Notes under the pieces: model-generated | What the model was told of the DNA's origin: nothing | The model's database searches: none | What the model saw: the letters and a program-made list of their open reading frames with translations, nothing else | Part shown: piece by piece, positions 17,415-27,150 of the stretch | Layout: each line of letters starts with the position of its first letter | Numbering within the stretch: position 1 is the stretch's first letter | Translations under genes and position numbers: made by a program | NCBI GenBank assembly: GCA_947460445.1 | Contig: CANHHS010000001.1 | Location: forward strand, 1 to 38,293 | DNA length: 38,293 bases | DNA from: Opitutia bacterium | GTDB lineage: Bacteria > Verrucomicrobiota > Verrucomicrobiia > Opitutales > UBA953 | Direction of reading: 5' to 3'

Positions 17415-19922
17415 TTAACGTAATAAAGACTGCAAAACCCCAACCATCGGCTGGGCAAGTCCGCCGTCAGTACGCGCATTGACGGTAAACTGGGCTACTT
17501 GAGGTGCAGGGTATGACTTTTCAACAATCACTTGTTGAACACCCCCTGCGTTACCTTCGTTAAATGCTAAACGTAGACGTTCAGCAAATGCATCAAATTC
17601 TAACGAATCGCTACAGCGCTGAAGAAGTCGTCCGGAAAGATCTTGTGCATCTAAGCCGCCGCGAACGATGTCGCTCGATAATGCATTGGGACGTTCACCG
17701 GGATATTGATAGCGAGCGACCAGCTTAACTTGGTCAGCCGCGATTGTGCGCATACCTAAAATAAAATCGAAGTCGACGTTGGCGCGGAGCTGATTGAAGC
17801 GCTTACGTGTGGCGAGGTCCATCGGCAGGCGACGAAAAAAACGCTCGGTGTTAAGCCAAAGCGAAACGCTGGCATCGGAACAATAAGCCATGGTTGGAAG
17901 CTCTTCCGTTAGCTCAACTTGGCCCGCAGCCAATGCGAGACAGTTACGAATTTCTTGACCGATGCAGGGCGTGACCGGATCACCTTCAAACTCTACCATT
18001 AAAATGGCAGCGTTCGCCGTCACGCCGAAAGTAAAAAAACCGCCTTGAGGGTCGAGGTAACGACCATCGGCGTAACGAATCATCGCTCGGCTACGACTTA
18101 AGTCCGTAGAAACAACTTCTCCCGAACGAAGACTGGCGCGAATCTGTGCGGATAAGCGCGAGAGTGCAGCCTCGGCTGCGACGGGATCGTTAATTCGAAA
18201 AACCAGTCCGCATATAACTACAGGGCGGCCTGTCTTTCCAGCGGTGACGCGGATTGGAAATTTAGCGAAAGCAAAAACCTCCGAGTTAGCATCCATACCA
18301 TGACCCACTAAGTCTTGGAGCGCTTGCGTTGCCACGGGTCCGCCCACCCAATCCAGCCATGCTGAGAGCACGGGGTCGGCTTTCGAAGTGACGGCAACCG
18401 GTACGACTTCAGATTTAATTGGCTGTGTCACCCCTGAGGCATCACTGGCAACATGCTTAGCACGGATAGGGGCTTCGGGACGAAATGTGAGTACCGCAAA
18501 ACTGTCACCCGGAATTAATCGGGTCTGATCTTGTGGCAATGCGCCAAAGAGCGTCGCACCCCTTGGCCAGATTAACCAGGCGACAATAACTGCAACCAGC
18601 GCTACGGAAAGGCCGACAATCGCAGCCCGTGAAGACGAACCAGAACCGCCTGTGGCCATCGCATGCTTAGGTTCATTGCCCTTCAAGAGCGCAACGTTGA
18701 AGCCAATGACTAAGGTCACAGCGAGAGGGTCGAACACGAGAACGAGGACAACAATGAGCCATTTGACGACGTCGTCGGCAGTGACATCAAACGCACGTGC
18801 AATAAACCGGTAAGTTCCAATGTCGGAGCGCTGAGTCAGTTGATCGAGTTCGTCTTTTTCCTTGGTCAGCTTGTTGATTTCTTTCTGCAACGACTCGACC
18901 TTGTTCTCACCTGTATCTGCACGCTTCCTGCTTTGTGCATCCAGTGCAGCAAATTTTTCTTCTGCAATAGTCACGGCCTGCGTACCCACCTTATTTATTT
19001 CCAGGGCTTCTGCGTCTAATTTTTGCAAATCTTGGCGCAACGCGTCATCAACCGTTTTCATTTCAGCCGCAATGGACGTCGCTTGCTTGAGCTGCTCGTC
19101 GCGCAGGCGCTCGATGCGAGCACGTGCACGATCGAGGTCAGCTGCGATCGCTGAGCGTTCACTGAATTGCTGATCGCGAAGGTCTTGGCCCTTACGGACG
19201 CCGTCTGAAAGGTTCAAGAAACCGCTATTACCCTGCTGGGTATAAGCATCAACGGCACGATCAAGAACTTCGACGCGTTTCAACAAGCTCGCAATCGTGG
19301 CCTCGTCAGCTGCCACAGACTTCGTCAAGGCATCTGCTTGAGCCGAATTACGCTCTGCCGAAGCACGGGCTGCTGTCGCGCGGCGCTCATTGGCGGCGGC
19401 ACGGGCTGACTCAATGCGGGCGAGACCTTGCGACAAGGTATCACGCTCAAAAGCCACGCGCTCTTGAGCACGGGTTAAGTCTTCACGACTGATCCCAATG
19501 GACTGATTGTTTACGCCGCGCGAAGCTTCGATCAGCGCTTTTTTGTCTATAATTTGAGCCTCAATGCTGCGGATTTGGCTTTCGGCAGCCCGCAACCCTT
19601 GATTTGTCTGCTCGTAAGCGCGCGCAAGGTAACCGTAATTACCGAGCGAAGTGATACCGACGAGTACAACTAGGGCGATTGTCAGGTAACACTTAAGGGC
19701 AAACTGAATGGTCGCCCAATAACGGTAGAGGAAGGAAGCTGCGACGAGCTTTCCTACCTCAAGCGTGGCAGCCATAATCATCACGGGCCACTCAGACCCT
19801 GCAAAGAGAAGGCCTAATCCGCGAACGGAGAAGAAGGCAGAGCAACCAGCGATAAGGAAGGCAGATACTCCTATGACGAGTGGAAAGCCTGAACGGGCAG
19901 AGGGAGTAGAGTTTTGGCTCAT
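17415..19922 (-). CDS. Polytopic membrane protein with long coiled coil and about 370-aa C-terminal domain, unknown function
   Basis: 835 aa. There are three hydrophobic segments in residues ~14-95, the first ending in IAGC. An Ala/Arg/Glu/Gln/Asp-rich heptad-like segment of about 270 aa follows. Two further TM segments are VVKWLIVVLVLVFDPLAVTLVIG and AAIVGLSVALVAVIVAWLIW. The globular C-terminal domain has no motif I recognise. Confidence 0.7.
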   Translation of the reverse strand: MSQNSTPSARSGFPLVIGVSAFLIAGCSAFFSVRGLGLLFAGSEWPVMIMAATLEVGKLVAASFLYRYWATIQFALKCYLTIALVVLVGITSLGNYGYLARAYEQTNQGLRAAESQIRSIEAQIIDKKALIEASRGVNNQSIGISREDLTRAQERVAFERDTLSQGLARIESARAAANERRATAARASAERNSAQADALTKSVAADEATIASLLKRVEVLDRAVDAYTQQGNSGFLNLSDGVRKGQDLRDQQFSERSAIAADLDRARARIERLRDEQLKQATSIAAEMKTVDDALRQDLQKLDAEALEINKVGTQAVTIAEEKFAALDAQSRKRADTGENKVESLQKEINKLTKEKDELDQLTQRSDIGTYRFIARAFDVTADDVVKWLIVVLVLVFDPLAVTLVIGFNVALLKGNEPKHAMATGGSGSSSRAAIVGLSVALVAVIVAWLIWPRGATLFGALPQDQTRLIPGDSFAVLTFRPEAPIRAKHVASDASGVTQPIKSEVVPVAVTSKADPVLSAWLDWVGGPVATQALQDLVGHGMDANSEVFAFAKFPIRVTAGKTGRPVVICGLVFRINDPVAAEAALSRLSAQIRASLRSGEVVSTDLSRSRAMIRYADGRYLDPQGGFFTFGVTANAAILMVEFEGDPVTPCIGQEIRNCLALAAGQVELTEELPTMAYCSDASVSLWLNTERFFRRLPMDLATRKRFNQLRANVDFDFILGMRTIAADQVKLVARYQYPGERPNALSSDIVRGGLDAQDLSGRLLQRCSDSLEFDAFAERLRLAFNEGNAGGVQQVIVEKSYPAPQVAQFTVNARTDGGLAQPMVGVLQSLLR

Positions 19923-19992
19923 GGCCTACCCTACCCCACCTCAGCCATGTCTGTAAAGCAGAGATAGCGTTACACTTATGTCACTTTAGGGC

Positions 19993-21495
19993 TTAACCGT
20001 GCACCTTTTGGTCTAAGAAACTGATGACTTCATCCTCCGTCATTCGAACCTGCTCCAACGTGTCACGGTTACGAACGGTCACACCAGCGTCCTTTTCCAA
20101 GGTATCAAAGTCGACAGTGATGCCATACGGTGTGCCAATCTCGTCCTGGCGGCGGTAACGTCGACCAATAGCCCCTGCCTCATCATAAAATACATTGAAT
20201 CGACGTTGTAGGCGCTGGTGCAAAGCCTTCGCCCGCGCGACTAATTCAGGCTTATTCTTCAGCAGCGGGAACACCGCTGCTTTGAAGGGTGCAATGCGCG
20301 GAGGTAATCGCAATACGGAGCGCTTCTCACCTTCGACTTCATCTTCATGGTAAGCTGTAGCCAACAAAGCCAAGAAGACACGGTCGACGCCAACCGAAGG
20401 CTCAATGACGTGTGGAATAAAACGCTGCTTCGTGGCCTCTTCGAACCAATCAAGTTTCTGCCCGGAAACGTTGCTGTGCTGGGTTAAATCGAAGTCACCA
20501 CGTGCGGCGACACCTTGAAGCTCCTGCACGCCAAAAGGAAATTCGAACATGATGTCCGTGGTTCCCTTAGAGTAATGTGCTAATTTTTCTTTAGGGTGAG
20601 CGTAAAGCGAAAGCTTTGCGCGCGGGATGCCAATGGACTCAAACCAAGCCAGGCAGCGTTCGATCCATTCTTGATGAGAGGCGCTCCAATCGGCTTCAGG
20701 TGAAATAAAGTATTCGATTTCCATCTGCTCAAACTCTCGAGAGCGGAAGATAAAGTTGCGCGGATTAATCTCGTTGCGGAAGGCTTTACCAATCTGCGCG
20801 ATACCAAAAGGTATCTTTACGCGGCCAGTATCGACGACGTTCTTAAAGTTAATAAAAATACCTTGGGCAGTTTCAGGTCGGAGATAGGCGACAGCAGATG
20901 CGTCCTGCATCGCACCTACGTGCGTCTGAAACATCATATTAAAGGAACGCGGCGGTGTCAGGCTTCCGGGTTTTCCAGTGGCCGGTGAAGGAATCTTTTC
21001 AATCTCGTCGGGCTTCGCCTCTGTAAAGTCGCGAAGCACAATCGGTTCGAGCGCACCCTGTTTAGCCAACTTGCGCTTCATGTCATTGGCAGCCTCCTCG
21101 GCCTTCGTCTGCATGGATTCATCCTCCAGCACCGAAACATAGCCGATGGTTTCTCCCGCCACGCGAACGGGGGCAAAGAAAAGTTGGTCTGCGCGGTAAC
21201 GCATTTTAGACTCCTTACAATCAACCAATGGGTCTGTAAAATTCTCTACATGCCCAGAAGCCTTCCATGTTGTTGGATGGTGAATAATCGAAGAGTCGAG
21301 ACCAACGATATCATCGCGGCGGTGCACAAAATCCTGCCACCATGCTTGCTTGATGTTATTCTTCAATTCGACGCCCAATGGGCCGTAATCAAAAAAACCG
21401 TTGAGTCCGCCATAAATGTCGGAAGACGGGAATACGAAACCTCGGCGCTTACAGAGGTTAAGAATAGATTCCATGAGCGTGGATGCTTCGGCCAT
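19993..21495 (-). CDS. glyQS: Glycine--tRNA ligase (dimeric GlyQS type)
   Basis: [40 protein letters not shown] is the canonical N-terminus. Class II motifs are present ([23 protein letters not shown]). The track start at 21657 is a TTG that overlaps the upstream gene. The ATG at 21495 (or 21474) gives the normal length. Confidence 0.92.
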   Translation of the reverse strand: MAEASTLMESILNLCKRRGFVFPSSDIYGGLNGFFDYGPLGVELKNNIKQAWWQDFVHRRDDIVGLDSSIIHHPTTWKASGHVENFTDPLVDCKESKMRYRADQLFFAPVRVAGETIGYVSVLEDESMQTKAEEAANDMKRKLAKQGALEPIVLRDFTEAKPDEIEKIPSPATGKPGSLTPPRSFNMMFQTHVGAMQDASAVAYLRPETAQGIFINFKNVVDTGRVKIPFGIAQIGKAFRNEINPRNFIFRSREFEQMEIEYFISPEADWSASHQEWIERCLAWFESIGIPRAKLSLYAHPKEKLAHYSKGTTDIMFEFPFGVQELQGVAARGDFDLTQHSNVSGQKLDWFEEATKQRFIPHVIEPSVGVDRVFLALLATAYHEDEVEGEKRSVLRLPPRIAPFKAAVFPLLKNKPELVARAKALHQRLQRRFNVFYDEAGAIGRRYRRQDEIGTPYGITVDFDTLEKDAGVTVRNRDTLEQVRMTEDEVISFLDQKVHG

Positions 21496-21550
21496 AAAAG
21501 GGTACACAAACCTTCCCAACACCTCGCCCAATCGGCAAGCCTCGATTGAT

Positions 21551-22426
21551 TTAGCGAGCTTGGCCCTCGGGTAGTGATGCCCGTAGTTTTTCAGCCGATT
21601 GCCGACATTCGATGGAAAAATGGCGGATCGATTCACCTTCTTTATCCGGCCACTCAATAAGTTCGCGATCTAAACTGTCCAAGGCGGCTTCGGCCATTCG
21701 TAATCCCTCTCGCAAATCAGCTAAATGGGTTTGGGCTACGCCGAGAGCCTCTGGTCCAACAATTTGCTCAAGCCGTTCAACTGCCAACCGAAGTCGGTTT
21801 GATTTTACCGTTAAGCCACTTGGCGTTGCTGCGATCCCGTGTACCCGTGATTCAAGTCCGGCCAGATCCTGCATGAATGCATCAACTTTAAGGCGAAAGT
21901 CTGTAGCCGCCAACTTCTGCACTAAAGGAACAACCTGAGCCGCAGCCATCTGGCTGTCGCAAAGTTGCCAAGGCAACTCATCAGAGCCTCCAACCGCAAC
22001 CTGACGCGGACTTCCTGGCGACCAAACTAAATCAACTTCTAGAAAACCTGACGCAGGGTTTACCGGTACAAATTGTACACGCAAACCTTGCTCAATCCTT
22101 TCAAACATTGCCGACAACGAAGGGTCTTTAGAAATATCCAAAGAAAGTATAATCTCGGGACGAATCTTTCCCGATTCGCCATCGACCCATAAGCCAACTT
22201 TAGTCACCCGACCCACGATTACACCTTTAAGCCGAATCGAAGATCCAACGGCCACCCCATTGACGGAAATTTCAGGCCGTACAACATAACGGGCGTAAGG
22301 GACTTGTGCCGCCCGCCGCGCAAAGTAAAGTAGCGAAACAATGGCAACCGTAGCGGTTGCGATTACCATAAAACCCCAAAGGCGCCAGCGCCTTAAGTGG
22401 TGGCTTGCGGGTAGCTGCCTAGCCAT
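21551..22426 (-). CDS. MCE/MlaD-family protein (single MCE domain, helical C-terminus)
   Basis: N-terminal TM ([19 protein letters not shown]), then [30 protein letters not shown]...[10 protein letters not shown], typical of an MCE domain. The C-terminus is helical. No MlaE/MlaF-like partners occur in the window. The 5' end overlaps the pheA 3' end by 34 nt, so the start is uncertain. Confidence 0.6.
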   Translation of the reverse strand: MARQLPASHHLRRWRLWGFMVIATATVAIVSLLYFARRAAQVPYARYVVRPEISVNGVAVGSSIRLKGVIVGRVTKVGLWVDGESGKIRPEIILSLDISKDPSLSAMFERIEQGLRVQFVPVNPASGFLEVDLVWSPGSPRQVAVGGSDELPWQLCDSQMAAAQVVPLVQKLAATDFRLKVDAFMQDLAGLESRVHGIAATPSGLTVKSNRLRLAVERLEQIVGPEALGVAQTHLADLREGLRMAEAALDSLDRELIEWPDKEGESIRHFSIECRQSAEKLRASLPEGQAR

Positions 22427-23457
22427 TTGACGTTCTCGCAGCGCTTGGCGAGGTCAGCAACTGCTTCCTGAACAGCGGGTGAATCCCAATGCCCAGGAAA
22501 ATCGATGAAGAACTGATATTCCCAAGCTTGTCGACGACTTGGGCGAGATTCAATACGCAGCAAATTAAGCCCGCGTGAAGAGAAAGTGCTTAAAGCAGCC
22601 TGGAGCGCGCCGGGCTCATGTCGCAAGGTCACAACAATGCTGGTTACCTCATCCTTTGCGCCAGAGGGATTCGCCTTGGGGCCAACAACGAAGAAACGTG
22701 TGGCATTGTCACGACGATCCTGGATCGCACGCACCAAAACAGGTACACCACGAATTTCGGCAGCAGAAGCTGCGGCGACCGCCGCAGAGGTCGGATCTTT
22801 GGCTACCGCTTCAACGGCAGCAGCGGTACTGGATGCGTCAACTAGTTCCGCTTGCGGTAAATTACGCGCTAACCAGTTCCGGCATTGAGCTAGCGCAATA
22901 TCTTTAGAAAGCACCCGTTGGACTTTATCCAATGGCCCTTGGCCGACTAAACAGTGCTCCACGTCGAGCGTAACTTGTGCAATAACTTTTAAATCAGATT
23001 CAGCTAAGAGATCTAAAGAATGACTCACAACGCCTTCGGTTGAATTTTCAACAGGGACAACGCCGTAGGAAGCTTCGCCACGCTGTACGGCAGAAAAAAT
23101 GTCATCCAACGTGCGCAAAGGCGCCACGGGTACGCTCGATCCAAATACGCGTATTGCAGCTTGTTGCGTGAACGAGCCTTCCGGACCTAGGTAAACAACC
23201 GGTGCGTGCATTTGCGCACCAATAGACATTGAAATGATTTCTCGGAAAACCGCCCGGACGCCGCTCGAGGGCAATTCCTTCGAGGCAGATACGAGACCTG
23301 CCAAGACCTGCTCTTCTCGGTGGGGAGCGTAGATGGCAGCCCCGGCCTGAGCTTTGGCTTCGCCGATGGCACGCGCTGTCCGCAAGCGCTCAGAAAGAAG
23401 GCGAAGGATTTCGCGATCAATACGGTCTACTTCCTTACGATGATCGTCTAAACTCAT
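22393..23457 (-). CDS. pheA: Bifunctional chorismate mutase / prephenate dehydratase (P-protein)
   Basis: CM_2 N-terminus (RKEVDRIDREILRLLSERLRTARAIGEAK), a PDT domain (YLGPEGSFTQQAA...VPVENSTEGVV) and a C-terminal ACT domain. The start overlaps the scpB stop (ATGA). Confidence 0.88.
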   Translation of the reverse strand: MSLDDHRKEVDRIDREILRLLSERLRTARAIGEAKAQAGAAIYAPHREEQVLAGLVSASKELPSSGVRAVFREIISMSIGAQMHAPVVYLGPEGSFTQQAAIRVFGSSVPVAPLRTLDDIFSAVQRGEASYGVVPVENSTEGVVSHSLDLLAESDLKVIAQVTLDVEHCLVGQGPLDKVQRVLSKDIALAQCRNWLARNLPQAELVDASSTAAAVEAVAKDPTSAAVAAASAAEIRGVPVLVRAIQDRRDNATRFFVVGPKANPSGAKDEVTSIVVTLRHEPGALQAALSTFSSRGLNLLRIESRPSRRQAWEYQFFIDFPGHWDSPAVQEAVADLAKRCENVKWLGSYPQATT

Positions 23458-24212
23458 GACTCAGTTGAAGAAGGCGCTCCGCCTTCTTCGGATACTAATC
23501 CTAAATCTGATTCTTCGACGGCGACAGGAGCCGTCGCACGGGTAATCCATTCAGAAATTTGTGCAGGCGAAAGCACGTCGGAAGCAGGCAATTCTCCCAG
23601 CGAGCGTAAACCCGAGAAGTCTAAGAACTTATCAGTGGTTCCGTATTGCAAAGGACGACCGGGTAAATCTGCACGACCTGTCACCGCGACCAGTTCGATT
23701 TCTTGCAGACGAAGGAGTGCGCTCTCAATGGAGACTCCGCGGATAGCTTCCATCTCGGCCCGCGTTACGGGCTGACGGTAAGCAACAATCGCCAAGGTCT
23801 CAAGCGCTGCAGACGAAAGGCGCTGCGGGCGCACTTCGCCGCGCAACAAACGAACCCAGCCTGCATAAGCTGGTGAGACAACAAGGCGGAACCCTTCAGG
23901 CCCCTGAAGCACGCGACACACGTCATTGGATTCGCGCAACTCGGCATCCAACTGCTCCATCGCTTCGCGAATTTGTGTCGCTGTCACTAGCGTGGGAACT
24001 TGATCAATAATATCCTGGATGACCTCTTGAACGGGTGCGGTTTCTTGGCCGGCAAGGGAGTCAGTGGTAGCGGAACCCGACTCTGCATCGGGTAGCACCG
24101 CACGGCGTTCGTCGTGGTGACGTTGCACGACTTTCTGGATGTCCTTAATGGAGATAGGGTCCGATGTGGACAAAAGGAGCGACTTAAGGACGCGCTTGAG
24201 GTTGAATTCCAC
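23454..24212 (-). CDS. scpB: Segregation and condensation protein B
   Basis: [66 protein letters not shown] is the ScpB winged-helix pair signature. The start is GTG. No scpA lies adjacent. Confidence 0.85.
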   Translation of the reverse strand: MEFNLKRVLKSLLLSTSDPISIKDIQKVVQRHHDERRAVLPDAESGSATTDSLAGQETAPVQEVIQDIIDQVPTLVTATQIREAMEQLDAELRESNDVCRVLQGPEGFRLVVSPAYAGWVRLLRGEVRPQRLSSAALETLAIVAYRQPVTRAEMEAIRGVSIESALLRLQEIELVAVTGRADLPGRPLQYGTTDKFLDFSGLRSLGELPASDVLSPAQISEWITRATAPVAVEESDLGLVSEEGGAPSSTES

Positions 24213-24315
24213 GGGAAAAACGAGTTGGGTTAAGGGAGACGCGACCGTAAGGTTCGCGTGTACAAAAACTGATGTCGGCTTTGCCGACTGTCCACCGCAG
24301 AATCTTCACAAACTT

Positions 24316-26001
24316 ATGCCCGACCCCCAAGCCCAACGCCGCTACTCTTCACCTGTTGTTGACGGCCCTGACCGCGCCCCCAGCCGAGCCATGCTCCGGG
24401 CCGTAGGCTTCTCGGAGGCCGATTTTACAAAACCCGTCGTCGGGGTGGCCTCAACTTGGTCAATGGTAACGCCCTGCAATATGCACATCGACCGTCTGGC
24501 CACTGAGGCGGCCAAGGGAACTGAGACGGCCGGCGGCAAATCGATTATTTTCGGCACGATTACCGTCTCAGATGGGATTTCTATGGGCACGCAAGGTATG
24601 CGGTACTCCCTCGTTTCGCGTGAAATTATTGCTGATTCAGTTGAAGCAGTGGCAGGTGCGGAAGGGTTCGATGGATTGGTCTGCATCGGTGGCTGCGATA
24701 AGAATATGCCTGGGTGCGTGATCGCGATGGTTCGCTTAAATCGTCCTTCAATTTTCGTCTATGGCGGAACGATTGTACCCGGTCTTCATCACGGAAAGCC
24801 CGCTGATATTGTGACAGTATTCGAAGCCGTTGGACAACATGCGGGCGGCAAGATGACTGATGGCGAACTCAAAGAAATCGAATCGTGTTCTATCCCTGGC
24901 GAAGGATCCTGCGGCGGGATGTATACTGCAAACACGATGGCCTCAGCTATTGAAGCTCTCGGCTTAAGTCTCCCAGACAGCTCCGCGCAGTTAGCAAATT
25001 CTAAAGATAAACTTTCCGACTGTGCACGCTCGGGCGCTGCAGTGGTTGAGTTACTGCGTCGTGGTATTCGCCCTTCGGACATTCTCACCAAGGAATCTTT
25101 TGAAAACGCTATCACGGTGGTGATTGCCTTAGGCGGATCAACCAACGCTGTATTACACTTAATTGCTATGGCGCACAGTGCCGGCATTTCCGTAACACTT
25201 GAAGACTTCGAGCGCGTGGGTCGACGCGTCCCTGTGCTGTGCGATTTAAAGCCAAGTGGTAAATACAACATGGCTCACTTTGTCCGCATCGGCGGACTTC
25301 AGCCCCTGTTACGCCAATTACTCGACGCCGGACTACTTCATGGGAAGTGCTTAACTGTCACCGGAAAAACCATGGCAGAAAATCTAGCAGACGTAAAACC
25401 GTATGCAGCAAACCAAGATGTCGTTCGCCCGATGGATAATCCAATTAAGAGTGACAGCCATTTGCGGATTCTTCGCGGCAACCTCGCACCCGAAGGCTCG
25501 GTTGCTAAAATATCTGGCAAGGAAGGCTTAAGCTTTACGGGCAAAGCCATTGTCTTCGAATCTGAGGAAGCAAGCCTGCGCGGTATCCTTGATGGTGTCG
25601 TCAAAGATGGGCACGTCATTGTCATCCGCAATGAAGGACCCGTTGGCGGACCTGGCATGCGTGAAATGCTTGGACCAACGAGCGCCGTCATGGGTAAAGG
25701 TCTGGGCAAGACGGTTGCCCTCGTTACCGATGGACGTTTTTCCGGGGGTAGCCACGGATTTGTGGTCGGCCACATCACGCCCGAAGCTGCGGTCGGAGGA
25801 CCACTCGCCCTGGTACATGACGGCGATACCATCACTCTGGATGCAGTACGTAACGAAGTTAATCTCGAGGTGTCCGCAGAGGTGCTCGCCGCCCGCCGTG
25901 CGAGTTGGAAGCCAGCACCACCACGCGAAACACGCGGGGCGCTCGCTAAATATGCCCGCCAAGTCTCATCGGCGTCACTGGGTGCAGTGACCGATCGCTA
26001 A
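24316..26001 (+). CDS. ilvD: Dihydroxy-acid dehydratase
   Basis: [32 protein letters not shown]..., [29 protein letters not shown]. The track start at 24139 would overlap scpB by 74 nt. The ATG at 24316 fits IlvD N-termini. Confidence 0.95.
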   Translation: MPDPQAQRRYSSPVVDGPDRAPSRAMLRAVGFSEADFTKPVVGVASTWSMVTPCNMHIDRLATEAAKGTETAGGKSIIFGTITVSDGISMGTQGMRYSLVSREIIADSVEAVAGAEGFDGLVCIGGCDKNMPGCVIAMVRLNRPSIFVYGGTIVPGLHHGKPADIVTVFEAVGQHAGGKMTDGELKEIESCSIPGEGSCGGMYTANTMASAIEALGLSLPDSSAQLANSKDKLSDCARSGAAVVELLRRGIRPSDILTKESFENAITVVIALGGSTNAVLHLIAMAHSAGISVTLEDFERVGRRVPVLCDLKPSGKYNMAHFVRIGGLQPLLRQLLDAGLLHGKCLTVTGKTMAENLADVKPYAANQDVVRPMDNPIKSDSHLRILRGNLAPEGSVAKISGKEGLSFTGKAIVFESEEASLRGILDGVVKDGHVIVIRNEGPVGGPGMREMLGPTSAVMGKGLGKTVALVTDGRFSGGSHGFVVGHITPEAAVGGPLALVHDGDTITLDAVRNEVNLEVSAEVLAARRASWKPAPPRETRGALAKYARQVSSASLGAVTDR

Positions 26002-26003
26002 CG

Positions 26004-27068
26004 TTAGACGCGAACAAGCTTGATCGGGAAAGTCCGGCCCGAATTCCACTGGGCGACATAGATAGATTCTTCGTTATCGATGGCGACGCCGTGGGGGAAA
26101 TGGAAAGGGTTGTTCGCAGAAGTGGTCACCTTCTGCAGAACGCCATCTTTGTAAACAGGCGCATCACCGCCGACATTCGAAACGACTTTAAAATCAGCAT
26201 CGAGGACAGAAATGAGTCCAGCTGTACCTGGTGGGATTGCACAATTCGCATTGAGCGAAATCTGTGGGATAAAACTATGTTTACCGTGCTGCGTTACAAA
26301 GCAGGGGAAGCAATTAGCGAAGGAGAACTTTGCGAGTGGCTTACCTTCGAGATCGAAACGCTTGATGGCGCTCTCTTGTCGTGAAGCGACATTGAAGTAA
26401 GACTTACCCGAGCGACTATCCACGCTGCCACCATGACACGTCGCAAGACGTGCCAAGTCATTTCCTGGTAAATGATTACCACCAAAGACAGAGATTTCTT
26501 CACCTTTGGCACTGTAGCGCGTGATCTGTGAAGACCCGTAGCCATCCATCACGTAAAATTCGCCATTCGGGGCAACGGCAACATCCGTTGGGCAATACCC
26601 GACTTTAGGATCAACATAACGTCCACCTTTGGGCCGCCCTAACTCCAAGAGAACTTTGCCATCAAGGGTGCACTTAAAGACCTTTCGGCTATTCGTGTCG
26701 GTAAGGAATAAAAACTCTGTGCCATTTTCATTCGCAAGGGTCATACCATGAGCCCCTGGGAATTTCTTCTCCCACGTCGTCAGTAATTTACCTGAACGAT
26801 CGTAAATCATCATGCTGTTTGCGGTGTCTGTATTAAACAGAAAGATCCGACCTTTTTTATCCTGCACCATAGCATGACAGTCATTGACGGTGCGGCCCTC
26901 CGTCTTGCCCCAACCTACAATGGCACGGTAGCGGAAATCACCTTGGCCAAGAATATCAGGGTGCGCATCACCATCAGCCGCCCATACGCGGCGGGCAAAG
27001 AGACCAGAGACAATGGAGATGGTTGCGAATTGTCCAAGAAACCGACGTCGGGGTAATGGAGTGGGCAT
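26004..27068 (-). CDS. Tat-exported six-bladed beta-propeller (NHL-repeat, peptidyl-hydroxyglycine lyase-like) protein
   Basis: Twin-arginine signal MPTPLPRRRFLGQFATISIVSGLFARRVWA. Repeated blade-like motifs are present (IFLFNTD, FLFLTDT, FYVMDGYGSS, IYVAQWNSGR). Confidence 0.5.
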   Translation of the reverse strand: MPTPLPRRRFLGQFATISIVSGLFARRVWAADGDAHPDILGQGDFRYRAIVGWGKTEGRTVNDCHAMVQDKKGRIFLFNTDTANSMMIYDRSGKLLTTWEKKFPGAHGMTLANENGTEFLFLTDTNSRKVFKCTLDGKVLLELGRPKGGRYVDPKVGYCPTDVAVAPNGEFYVMDGYGSSQITRYSAKGEEISVFGGNHLPGNDLARLATCHGGSVDSRSGKSYFNVASRQESAIKRFDLEGKPLAKFSFANCFPCFVTQHGKHSFIPQISLNANCAIPPGTAGLISVLDADFKVVSNVGGDAPVYKDGVLQKVTTSANNPFHFPHGVAIDNEESIYVAQWNSGRTFPIKLVRV

Positions 27069-27150
27069 AACGTAGGTTTATAGATAAAGTTGATTGGGAT
27101 TCCAGCGAGAACGCTTGCCAGAAACCCCAGAGCAGGGATGAATCAAGGGG

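Noticed and set aside
24213-24315. Hairpins in the scpB/ilvD divergent region (GTCGGC-TTT-GCCGAC at 24273..24287 and a bulged 8-bp stem about 25 nt upstream of it) as an ilv leader-peptide attenuator.
   Set aside because: No Ile/Val/Leu-rich leader ORF and no T-tract follow the stems. These are probably just 5' UTR structure.
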